Notes under the pieces: generated by a model
Told to the model about the DNA's origin: nothing
The model's input: only the letters and a program-made list of their open reading frames with translations
Databases searched by the model: none
Made by a program: the position numbers and the translations under genes
Assembly: GCA_945865315.1 (NCBI GenBank)
Contig: CAMBDK010000002.1
Coordinates: 5,105-69,104 of the forward strand
Direction: 5' to 3'
Origin: Chitinophaga pinensis
GTDB taxonomy: Bacteria; Bacteroidota; Bacteroidia; 2-12-FULL-35-15
DNA length: 64,000 nt
Shown: positions 48,245 through 56,985 of the stretch, one piece after another
How the letters are laid out: each line of letters starts with the position of its first letter
How positions within the stretch are numbered: position 1 is the stretch's first letter

Positions 48245-49274
48245 GTAGTCCAATTTAAATTTGACAAAATATAATCAAATGAGAGAGTTTTTTTATTCTA
48301 TTCTCTGTAAATCATTTAACCGCTTTGGATGTTGAAAAGGATAAATTGGTTTTACCCCTTTTGCTGTTAGGGGTTTTTCGTTTTTTGTAAACAAACCTAA
48401 TCTGGTTTTATCTTGGAAATAAAGATTAACACTTTGGTAGTGTAAATGTATTCGAAAAATTACTTCTTGAATGACTTGCCCGAACTTTTTTTAAAAGCGT
48501 CAACCAGCTTTTCGTCTTTTTTAACATTGCTTTTTCTAGCTGCTTTTATTTTAGAACCAAAATGACGTTGAGTATATTTTACTAAAGTAATATATTTGAA
48601 TTCTTTATTAAATTTATTATTTAACCAGTCTTGCAGCTCTATGTAGCCTCTAAGTTCATTTTTAGGGTCATTTAATTTTTTCTCTATAGTTTTATGTTCT
48701 TCAGCATTAATTAAACTTTTTTTAAAGCCAATTCGACCGTGTACTAATAATGGAGCTAATCCACCAGCAATATACATCCTGCGCCATTTATTTATACTAT
48801 TATGGTTAATGCCAGTGATATCTGATAAATCTCGCTTAGAAATACCTGTTTTTTCGTGTTTTTTTAATTCTATTAATACACGCATGCGCTTTGATACGAT
48901 CTCGCCTTTTTTACGCTGTAAGGCTTTCAGGTCCTTAATACTTTCTTTAATTCTTATTTGTATTGGTTTTGCCATAATTATAATTATTAGATAATTCAAA
49001 AATAATTAATAAAACCTAAATAAAAAATTTTGGACTATATATTATTTATAATTGGTATTACTTTCCAAATACCAAATTCGATATTTGGAAAAATCTTAGT
49101 TTTATAGGGCTTTTTGAAAAAAATAAATACTATAAAAAAGTTGCGTGCTCTATAATTGGGACCAATAAATCCTCTCCAACTCAAAGAAGACGATTTAGGA
49201 GGTAATTCAAAATTAGAAAAAATCAATCAAATAAATTAATTTTGTCAAAACATGTCCGATTTATTAGGGGCTAC
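48245..49274 (-). mobile_element. Degenerate IS630-like element (HTH half of the transposase only)
   Basis: An imperfect terminal inverted repeat (GTAGTCC..TTTGACAAAAT at 48245..48270 versus ATTTTGTCAAA..GGGCTAC at 49239..49274) brackets the 179-aa HTH ORF. It sits in a 1.4-kb gap inside an otherwise compact oxidase cluster. Confidence 0.4.
48460..48999 (-). CDS. Helix-turn-helix protein resembling the N-terminal DNA-binding half of IS630-family transposases (no DDE domain)
   Basis: Pattern RMRVLIELKK..GISKRDLSDITGINHNSINKWRRMYIAGGLAPLL, ..EEH..I..KL, ..Y.TL..Y..RHFG.K.K..RKSNVKKDE..V..FKK. The ORF ends where the DDE domain would begin. Confidence 0.55.
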   Translation of the reverse strand: MNYLIIIIMAKPIQIRIKESIKDLKALQRKKGEIVSKRMRVLIELKKHEKTGISKRDLSDITGINHNSINKWRRMYIAGGLAPLLVHGRIGFKKSLINAEEHKTIEKKLNDPKNELRGYIELQDWLNNKFNKEFKYITLVKYTQRHFGSKIKAARKSNVKKDEKLVDAFKKSSGKSFKK

Positions 49275-49534
49275 AAAAAAATTACTTCGTCAATTCTGTG
49301 CCATTTATTTCTTAAGAATGCCTTTTTTAATAAATTAATTCAATTATTTATAACAATAACCAAACACTTATATCTAATTTTGTGCGCGGAATTAATCCAC
49401 TTTATTTGTCATTAAAAATAAATTTCAGAAATATTCATCTACAACAAAATATAAATAGTCTAAATTATTAGTTAAAATACAATTGTTAACAGAATATTTG
49501 GTAAAATTGTACTTTGAAAATTATTTTTTAAAAA

Positions 49535-50437
49535 TTGCTTACAGAAAATCTAAATAAAATAGAAAACACAATTACTTTAAGTAGTAAATTAAAGGATTAT
49601 GTTCAATTTATTAAGTTGCGCTTAGCTTCTTTAGTTGTATTGTCTGCAGCTATTGGCTTTGTTATAGCTTCCGATAAAGTAGATTGGGCTAAGATGTGTT
49701 TACTTGTTATAGGAGGCTTTTTAGTTACTGGCGCTTCCAACGGATTTAATCAGATTATTGAAAAAGATCTTGATAAATTAATGGATCGCACTAAAAACAG
49801 ACCATTGCCAAATGGGCGCATGGGTGTTAATGAATCCTTCCTCTTGGCATCTTTAATGGGCGTTAGTGGAATAATAATACTATGGGTATTTATGAATCCT
49901 TTGAGTGGCATCTTGGGAGCACTAGCTTTGGTTTTATACACAGCTTTATATACACCATTGAAACAAGTTACACCATTTGCTGTTTTCGTAGGAGCTTTCC
50001 CTGGCGCTATACCTCCATTATTAGGTTGTGTTGCTAGCAGTTCAGGCTTTGGTGAAATTACATTTGAAGCATGGATTTTATTTGCAGTGCAGTTTATTTG
50101 GCAATTCCCTCATTTTTGGGCAATAGCATGGGTGTTAGACGAAGATTATAAAAAAGCAGGATTTATGATGTTGCCCTCTTTGGGGGGTAGAAATAAAAGC
50201 AGTGCCTTTCAAGTGCTTGTTTATACACTGTTTTTAGTTCCAATTTCTTTATTCCCCGTGTTATTTGGTATGTCGGGGATTGTTTCTGCCATTGTAATTA
50301 CTATTTGCGGCGCTTTGTTTGCTTATCAAGCATATATATTATATCAAGAATGTTCGGTGGCAGCAGCGCGTAAGTTAATGTTTGGTTCATTTATTTATTT
50401 ACCGATAGTGCAGTTGGCAGTAATGATTGGCAAGTAA
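49535..50437 (+). CDS. ctaB: Protohaem IX farnesyltransferase (haem O synthase)
   Basis: UbiA-family motifs GFNQIIEKDLDKLMDRTKNRPLP and a second Asp-rich region (WVLDEDY). TTG start. Confidence 0.9.
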   Translation: MLTENLNKIENTITLSSKLKDYVQFIKLRLASLVVLSAAIGFVIASDKVDWAKMCLLVIGGFLVTGASNGFNQIIEKDLDKLMDRTKNRPLPNGRMGVNESFLLASLMGVSGIIILWVFMNPLSGILGALALVLYTALYTPLKQVTPFAVFVGAFPGAIPPLLGCVASSSGFGEITFEAWILFAVQFIWQFPHFWAIAWVLDEDYKKAGFMMLPSLGGRNKSSAFQVLVYTLFLVPISLFPVLFGMSGIVSAIVITICGALFAYQAYILYQECSVAAARKLMFGSFIYLPIVQLAVMIGK

Positions 50438-50505
50438 TAATTTTATTTTTTTTGAAACAAATAATAAAATAGGATTCCTTTTTTTAACAAATATTAATAA
50501 GCCAT

Positions 50506-51090
50506 ATGGATACATTATCTATTAAAGAAGAAGAACAAATTGTCAGAGGGAAAGTTGCAATTCCATTGCTTTGGATTTCTATTGTAGCAATGATAATGAT
50601 TTTTGCATCCTTAACAAGTGCTTATGTAGTTAGTCGTGGAAAGGGCGGCTGGCTGCAATTTGAATTGCCTCAATTCTTTTATTTTAGTACTGCTATTATT
50701 TTGATTAGCAGTATTACCATGAATTGGACACTTTCTTCGGCTAAGAAAAATAATTTTAAGAATATAAAAATAGGAGCAATTTTAACCTTTTTGCTCGGAT
50801 TCGCTTTTATAATATGCCAGTTTAAAGCTTGGGGAGATTTGGTGGATCAAAAAGTTTTTTTTGCTGGCAAAAGTAGTAACGGATCAGGTTCTTATTTATA
50901 TGCTTTAACAGGGGTGCACCTTGCGCATTTTATATTTGGAATAGCCTCATTAGCTGTAGTTTCAAGGAATTCAATTCGCAATAAATACAATGCTGAAAAC
51001 CTCATGGGTATAAGACTTTGTTCTATCTTTTGGCACTTTTTAGATGTTTTGTGGGTTTATTTATTTTTATTTTTATTATTTGTTCGTTGA
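50506..51090 (+). CDS. Cytochrome c oxidase subunit III-like protein (short, 5-TM form)
   Basis: C-terminal subunit-III block (GVHLAHFIFG, FWHFLDVLWVYLF). Confidence 0.7.
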   Translation: MDTLSIKEEEQIVRGKVAIPLLWISIVAMIMIFASLTSAYVVSRGKGGWLQFELPQFFYFSTAIILISSITMNWTLSSAKKNNFKNIKIGAILTFLLGFAFIICQFKAWGDLVDQKVFFAGKSSNGSGSYLYALTGVHLAHFIFGIASLAVVSRNSIRNKYNAENLMGIRLCSIFWHFLDVLWVYLFLFLLFVR

Positions 51091-51230
51091 AATTTCAAAG
51101 AATTTGTGGATATTAGTGCTCGAAAAAATAATGATACCAGGATAACATTGGCAGACAAGCTGCTGAAATACTTAAATTAAATAATAATTTTTTATATTTT
51201 TATAGTTAGTAAATTAAATAATTTTAAATT

Positions 51231-51956
51231 ATGTCACATCACGCAGTTGCAGAAAAAGATTCAGGATCCGCTTGGGATGGCGGAAAATCACCCTTTGGCG
51301 TTAGTTATGGAAAACTATTTATGTGGTTTTTCCTCGTTTCCGATGCATTAACATTTTCAGGATTATTATGCGCATACGGTTTCATGCGTCATAAGCATCC
51401 CGAAGTATGGCCTAATCCAGGCGACGTTTTTACTCACTTCCCTTTTTATGAAGGGCATATCCCTTTAGCTTATGTAGGCTTAATGACACTTATTCTTATC
51501 ATGAGCTCCGTTACTATGGTATTAGCTGTGGAAGCTGGGCATCGTAATGATAAAAAGAAAGTTACATATTGGCTTTTCTTAACCATTATTGGTGGAGCAA
51601 TGTTCGTTGGTTCACAAGCTTGGGAATGGTATCATTTTATTGTGGGTACCGATCATGGCGCTATACGCAGTGTATTTGAAAACGGTCAATGGGTGGATAA
51701 AACAATATATGGTGCGAACATGACAGTGAATGAATATGGACTACCTGTATTTGCAAATTTCTTTTTCTTTATTACAGGTTTTCACGGCTTTCACGTATTT
51801 AGTGGGGTAATCATAAATATTGTTATTTTTATCAATGTTATAAAAGGAACTTACGAAAAAAGAGGGCATTACGAAATGATTGAAAAAACTGGACTTTATT
51901 GGCATTTTGTAGATTTAGTTTGGGTATTCGTATTTACATTTTTCTATTTATTATAA
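51231..51956 (+). CDS. Cytochrome c oxidase subunit III
   Basis: FMWFFLVSDALTF, GFHGFHVFSGV and YWHFVDLVWVFVF blocks. Confidence 0.85.
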   Translation: MSHHAVAEKDSGSAWDGGKSPFGVSYGKLFMWFFLVSDALTFSGLLCAYGFMRHKHPEVWPNPGDVFTHFPFYEGHIPLAYVGLMTLILIMSSVTMVLAVEAGHRNDKKKVTYWLFLTIIGGAMFVGSQAWEWYHFIVGTDHGAIRSVFENGQWVDKTIYGANMTVNEYGLPVFANFFFFITGFHGFHVFSGVIINIVIFINVIKGTYEKRGHYEMIEKTGLYWHFVDLVWVFVFTFFYLL

Positions 51957-52020
51957 GCAATTTAGTCATTTATATTAGACTTCTAAAATTTATATATTTA
52001 TAATTTTAATACCATTTATT

Positions 52021-52521
52021 ATGTCAGAATTTCACGATGATTACCCTCAATATGAGCTAATGGCTCATCATAGCGAAGAAGAAGGAAAAACAAAACGTAG
52101 AACACTATGGAATGTTTTTTGGATCATGTTAATAGTTACAATAATAGAACTTGTGATAGGTACTTATGCTAACAGCTTAGGATTACTTGCGCCGGACAGA
52201 ACCTCTTCATTTCTTCTTAAGGTTATTTTTGTTGGCTTAACAATTGGTAAAGCATTTTTTATTGTATTTAGCTTTATGCATTTAGGGCATGAGAAAAAAG
52301 TTTTAAAATATTCAATTCTTGCTCCCTACATAATTTTTATTTTATACCTTATATTTATTTGTATTGCGGAGTCTATCTATGCTGGTATTTATAAGCAAAA
52401 AATGGATGTACTTATAGTAAAACAGAAAATAGAACTGAATGAAGCTGCCGCTTCTGGTCATCATGGTGCTGAAGAAAAACATGAAAGCCCTACTCAGGAG
52501 ATTAAAGAGGTACATCATTAG
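52021..52521 (+). CDS. Prokaryotic cytochrome c oxidase subunit IV family protein
   Basis: Small 3-TM protein immediately after subunit III, with a His/Glu-rich soluble tail. Confidence 0.65.
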   Translation: MSEFHDDYPQYELMAHHSEEEGKTKRRTLWNVFWIMLIVTIIELVIGTYANSLGLLAPDRTSSFLLKVIFVGLTIGKAFFIVFSFMHLGHEKKVLKYSILAPYIIFILYLIFICIAESIYAGIYKQKMDVLIVKQKIELNEAAASGHHGAEEKHESPTQEIKEVHH

Positions 52522-52607
52522 TATAAAATATATTTATAATAAATAGTGTTTTAGAATTATTAATGCATTTTTTTCTTTCTTAACAATATGTTTTTAAAAT
52601 AATAATT

Positions 52608-53276
52608 GTGAAAAAAAAATTATTGATTCTTTTCCTTCTTCTATCCTTCCCGTCTATATTTTATGTAATACTTACAACAGGGAAACATGATTTTATTCAT
52701 TTGCCTTTTTATGGTGAAAAAGAATTAGCAGCAAATGGGAAAGATACTCTTTACCACGCCATTCCTTCATTCCAGTTTATTAACCAAGATGGAGACTCCA
52801 TTACTGACAAAACATATGACGGGAAAATTTATGTAGTAGATTATTTTTTCTCTACATGTAAATCTATCTGTCCAAAAATGGCATCTGAATTAATTCGGGT
52901 ACAAAAAAAGTTTTCCTATACAAATGGTCTTGTTCAAATATTATCACATACTGTTAACCCTGAAAACGACTCAGTTCCTGTATTAAAAGCATATGCAAAC
53001 ATGGTTCATGCAGATGCTAAAATGTGGAATTTTGTTACAGGGGAGAAAAAAAAATTATACGACATTGCTCGTAATGGATATTTGCTAAATGCGCTAGAAG
53101 GGGATGGGGGAGCCGATGATTTTATCCATAGTGAATTGTTTATTTTAATAGATAAAGAAAAACATATCCGTGGTATCTATGATGGAACCAAAATTAAGGA
53201 AGTGAGTAATTTAATAGATGATATAAAAGTATTAATTGCCGAATATTTTATAAAAGAAAAGCCAAAAAGGACTTAG
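52608..53276 (+). CDS. SCO1/SenC copper chaperone
   Basis: Thioredoxin fold with CKSICP (CxxxCP) and a downstream His. N-terminal membrane anchor. GTG start. Confidence 0.85.
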   Translation: MKKKLLILFLLLSFPSIFYVILTTGKHDFIHLPFYGEKELAANGKDTLYHAIPSFQFINQDGDSITDKTYDGKIYVVDYFFSTCKSICPKMASELIRVQKKFSYTNGLVQILSHTVNPENDSVPVLKAYANMVHADAKMWNFVTGEKKKLYDIARNGYLLNALEGDGGADDFIHSELFILIDKEKHIRGIYDGTKIKEVSNLIDDIKVLIAEYFIKEKPKRT

Positions 53277-53392
53277 CAAATTTGCAATTGCAATGCAAAA
53301 GTATCTGTTATAAAAAATGGTAATTTAAAAATATGGCTTTAAGTCCAAATTAGAAATTTAAATTCAATTTTTTTATTAATAAATAACATGCA

Positions 53393-53944
53393 ATGAATGA
53401 TAAATTAGTATTTAGATTAGTAATGACTGTTTCAATTATAGTATTTGTTGCTGTTATAATTCTCAATAGAAAAATACTGCCTGTGCCAGAAACTATACCC
53501 TCTTTTGTTTTCAAGCTACCTAAATTAAATGCCTTGCTTAATGGAACATGCAGCTTATTGCTTTTATTGTCATTATACATGATTAAACAAAAAAATATAG
53601 CAGTGCATAAAAAATTAAACACCATTGCTTTTGTTTTATCAGCTGTTTTTCTTTTATCCTATATTGTGTATCATTGGATGTCCAAAGAAGCTACATTCCC
53701 TTTAGAAAGCCCTCTTAGAATACCTTATTTAGTAATATTGTTTAGCCATATCATTTTAGCTGCAATTGTATTACCTTTGGTTTTATTGTCTTTTTATTAC
53801 GGATATAAAACGCAACTTCCTAATGGACAAACGTATATTCATCGTCATAAGAAACTTGTGCGTTGGAGTTTTCCTATTTGGCTGTACGTTACAATTACTG
53901 GTGTAATAGTATATTTAATGATTTCACCATATTATATATTTTAA
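53393..53944 (+). CDS. DUF420 (CtaM-like) membrane protein
   Basis: Four to five TM helices with conserved His residues, in an oxidase-assembly context. Confidence 0.7.
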   Translation: MNDKLVFRLVMTVSIIVFVAVIILNRKILPVPETIPSFVFKLPKLNALLNGTCSLLLLLSLYMIKQKNIAVHKKLNTIAFVLSAVFLLSYIVYHWMSKEATFPLESPLRIPYLVILFSHIILAAIVLPLVLLSFYYGYKTQLPNGQTYIHRHKKLVRWSFPIWLYVTITGVIVYLMISPYYIF

Positions 53945-53979
53945 ATGACGGCTAATTTTTTATTAAAAAATAATCAAAG

Positions 53980-54339
53980 ATGATTTTTAAAAAAAACAAT
54001 AATAAATTTTGTCGAATTAATAAAAACAAAGGAAAGTATATTTACAATATGTGCTCTGTTGTTTTTAGTGGAATTGCTAAACAAAAATTGTTTGTTTTAT
54101 CAATTGTTTTATTTATTAATAATACTAGTTTATTTGCTCAATGCGCTATGTGTAAATCCTCAGTGGAAAGTAATTTAAAAAATGGTGGAAATATTGGCGC
54201 TGGCTTAAATACAGGAATTCTTTATTTAATGGCAATTCCATACCTGATTTTAATGATTGGCGTTTATTCTTTTTTCAAAAAACCAATTGATGCTAAAATT
54301 AAAGTTTGGCGAAATAAGTTTTCCCCAATAAAAAGATAA
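53980..54339 (+). CDS. Small exported/membrane-anchored CxxC protein
   Basis: Probable start at 54049 (MCSVVF...). A signal-like helix is followed by QCAMCK (54142..54153) and then one C-terminal TM helix. Confidence 0.4.
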   Translation: MIFKKNNNKFCRINKNKGKYIYNMCSVVFSGIAKQKLFVLSIVLFINNTSLFAQCAMCKSSVESNLKNGGNIGAGLNTGILYLMAIPYLILMIGVYSFFKKPIDAKIKVWRNKFSPIKR

Positions 54340-54488
54340 ATATTCTGCACTATTCTTTGCTAACTTTTTTTGCGAAATGATTTTTTTTAATTTTCCTGTA
54401 ATTGCTCATTTTTTTTAATAATTTAGCAATTCATTAGTTTGTTCTCTTCATTATTTCACTTTATAACAAACCATTTTATTTAATAAGG

Positions 54489-54887
54489 ATGAAAAAAACA
54501 CAATCTATTATTGCCATAGCATTATTTATCACTTTATTTTCATGCGAAAAACCTGCTGGCGAAGGTGGTAACTCCTCTGTAAAAGGAAATGTGTGGGTTG
54601 AAAAATGGAATGGCTTATTTACTGTTTTAACCAATGAAGGGCCTGGCTTAAATGTTGATGTATTTATAATTTACGGTGACGAAACTAGTTATGGAGATAA
54701 AATTTCTACAGGACCCGACGGCACATTTGAGTTCAAATATCTCCGACCTGGGAAGTATAAAATTTATGTCTACTCAAAAACTACTACGGCAGTAAATGCA
54801 AATGCAAAAGAAGCTGTTTCTTTAGATGTAGAAATTTCTAAGAAAAAAGAAAAAATTGATATCGGGCAAATTACCGTTAAAATATAA
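54489..54887 (+). CDS. Small lipoprotein with carboxypeptidase-regulatory-like beta-sandwich features
   Basis: Lipobox LFSC. GPDGTFEFKYLRPGKYKIYVY is typical of CarboxypepD_reg-like folds. Confidence 0.5.
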   Translation: MKKTQSIIAIALFITLFSCEKPAGEGGNSSVKGNVWVEKWNGLFTVLTNEGPGLNVDVFIIYGDETSYGDKISTGPDGTFEFKYLRPGKYKIYVYSKTTTAVNANAKEAVSLDVEISKKKEKIDIGQITVKI

Positions 54888-55023
54888 TAGATTTTAATTG
54901 CTTTTATTTAAAGTTTTTACATGAAATTTAAAAAGAAGTTGTTAGTTCGCTTGTCTTTCTAACAATAAAATTCTAAAAATACTTCATAGGGAAATCTAGT
55001 TTATTAATTCAGAATTTATATAA

Positions 55024-55590
55024 ATGAAACTAATAGCCATATTTGTTTTTGCATTTTTAAGCTTTCCCTTTGTTAGTAAGGCTCAAAGCAAAAAAACAAT
55101 TAAAAAATTAAATATAAAGTCAACGACTATTACAATAGTGGAAACAGTTGATGATAAAGAGAAAACCCGAACAGATGCTTACCAGAAATTTAATAAAGCT
55201 GGTCAAACAATTGAAGACTTCGAATATAATAAAGATGCTACTTTTAAGAAAAAAGAATTCAAAAAATACAATAAAAATGATGACCTGATAGAAGAAATTG
55301 TTTTTGATGAAAAAGGTGTTTTTAAAAAGAAAACTACCATAGAATATAATTCTAATAAAGATAAAATAGCAGAATGCCTTTTGGATATTAACGACAAATT
55401 AATTGAAAAAATAGTGTGCCTCTATAATACTAATGGAGATAAAATTGTAGAACAAACTACCGATAGCAAAGGTAAAGTAACCAAGAAATCTATTTATACC
55501 TATGATAAAAACGGTTTGAAAATTGAAAAGAAAACAACAGACTCTAATGGTATCGTGGTGTCTGTAAAAAAATATTCCTACGGATATTAA
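55024..55590 (+). CDS. Secreted Lys-rich protein with ~26-aa YD-like repeats
   Basis: Signal peptide followed by about five repeats of x4-Y-[ND]-x-[ND]-G/D-x-I-[EV]-x5-D-x2-G-x4-K (e.g. IYTYDKNGLKIEKKTTDSNG). Confidence 0.5.
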   Translation: MKLIAIFVFAFLSFPFVSKAQSKKTIKKLNIKSTTITIVETVDDKEKTRTDAYQKFNKAGQTIEDFEYNKDATFKKKEFKKYNKNDDLIEEIVFDEKGVFKKKTTIEYNSNKDKIAECLLDINDKLIEKIVCLYNTNGDKIVEQTTDSKGKVTKKSIYTYDKNGLKIEKKTTDSNGIVVSVKKYSYGY

Positions 55591-55592
55591 AT

Positions 55593-56348
55593 GTGGAAAA
55601 ACTGAATGCCATATTAGCTGAATTCTCTTCCATTTCTTTAAAAGAAATGGAAAATGTAAAGTTAATGGACAGAAAAGATACAAAATATGTGTTTAAGTTT
55701 CAACAATTACCCGAATATCTGGAGCAATTAAAAAATGATTATAGTATATTGGTAGTGGAAACAAATAGAGTAAGTCGTTACGAATCCCTTTATTTCGACA
55801 CAAAAAAATTCGACTTATACCATAGTCACCATAGGGGAAAGCCAAACAGATTTAAAATTAGATTTAGGAAATATGTAGCGTCTAACCTTAATTTTTTTGA
55901 AATTAAATTTAAAAACAATAAAGGTAGAACCATTAAAAGTCGTGTTAAACAAAAAGAAATAGATGGTTTTATAACAGATAAAGCAGAAGTTTTATTAAAA
56001 GAAAAAACACCCTTGTTTCCAAATGAATTAGAAGCTAAGCTTTGGGTAAATTATTCTCGTATTACATTTGTAAATAAGAATTTCCCCGAACGCGTTACCA
56101 TAGATATTGATTTAAGCTTTAAAAAAGACGAGGAATATAAAACTATTCCTAATTTAGTAATTGCCGAGGTTAAACAAGATAAAGCAGCGGTATCCGTATT
56201 TATTAAGTTAATGAAAAAAAATCATGTGCGTGCGGGCTCTATTAGTAAGTATTGTTTTGGGGTAATAAACTTATTTAATAAAATAAAACACAATAATTTT
56301 AAACCAAATTTAAATTTAATTAAAAAAAAACTTACTGCTAAATATTAA
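55593..56348 (+). CDS. VTC / triphosphate-tunnel (polyphosphate polymerase) domain protein
   Basis: GTG start 3 nt after the upstream stop. The beta-strand charged-residue pattern matches TTM tunnels (LMDRKDTKYVF, RYESLYFDT, RFKIRFRKY, FFEIKFKNNKGRTIKSR, RVTIDIDLSF, VIAEVKQD). Confidence 0.75.
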   Translation: MEKLNAILAEFSSISLKEMENVKLMDRKDTKYVFKFQQLPEYLEQLKNDYSILVVETNRVSRYESLYFDTKKFDLYHSHHRGKPNRFKIRFRKYVASNLNFFEIKFKNNKGRTIKSRVKQKEIDGFITDKAEVLLKEKTPLFPNELEAKLWVNYSRITFVNKNFPERVTIDIDLSFKKDEEYKTIPNLVIAEVKQDKAAVSVFIKLMKKNHVRAGSISKYCFGVINLFNKIKHNNFKPNLNLIKKKLTAKY

Positions 56349-56353
56349 ATATT

Positions 56354-56980
56354 ATGATTTTACTTCAGGTTGCTAATGAAGAGTTTGTTAATAAAGGGTT
56401 TGAGTTGTTCGACAAATTAACTGCTAGGTTTTTTATACGCTTAGGAATAGATTTATTAGCGGCATTTGTTCTTGTGCGTTTAATTTATTTTAGGAGGTAT
56501 AAATCGAGTGAAAACTTTTTTACTTTTTTTATTTTCAACATAATTATTTTTATGATAACCTTTATACTCAACAAGTCTGACATGAGTATGGGTGCTGCAT
56601 TTGGCTTATTTGCTGTCTTTTCTATGTTGCGTTATCGTACCGAGGGGATTTCTACCAAAGACATGACTTACCTTTTTTTATCCATTGCAATAGGCTTAAT
56701 TACAGCTTTAAGCAAAGGCACCTGGTTTGAATTGCTACTAATAAATTTCATTATTTTATTTTTCACCTATTTGCTCGAAAGTTCCTTCCTTATTAAAAAG
56801 GAAGAGACGAAAATTATTCAATATGAAAATATTGAAATGATTCAACCCGAATTTCGTGCGGAGCTCCTTGCCGATTTAGAAAAACGAATGGGTTTGAAAA
56901 TCCACAGGATCGCCATTGGTAAAATTGATTTTTTGAAGGATACCGCTATCATTAAAGTTTTTTATTACGAAGCAATATAG
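56354..56980 (+). CDS. DUF4956-family membrane protein
   Basis: Five TM helices with the family hallmark GLFAVFSMLRYRTEGISTKDMTYLF, plus a ~70-aa C-terminal soluble domain. Confidence 0.7.
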   Translation: MILLQVANEEFVNKGFELFDKLTARFFIRLGIDLLAAFVLVRLIYFRRYKSSENFFTFFIFNIIIFMITFILNKSDMSMGAAFGLFAVFSMLRYRTEGISTKDMTYLFLSIAIGLITALSKGTWFELLLINFIILFFTYLLESSFLIKKEETKIIQYENIEMIQPEFRAELLADLEKRMGLKIHRIAIGKIDFLKDTAIIKVFYYEAI

Positions 56981-56985
56981 TAGCA

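Noticed and set aside
48355-48378. Second small hairpin (CCCCT..AGGGG + T5) 140 nt after the ctaD terminator
   Set aside because: The stem is only 5 bp and it lies inside the putative IS remnant. It may be part of that element rather than an independent terminator or sRNA end.
49035-49226. 63-aa minus-strand ORF upstream of the IS630-like HTH gene
   Set aside because: No motif, and it lies in the promoter/terminal region of the putative IS remnant. It is likely spurious.
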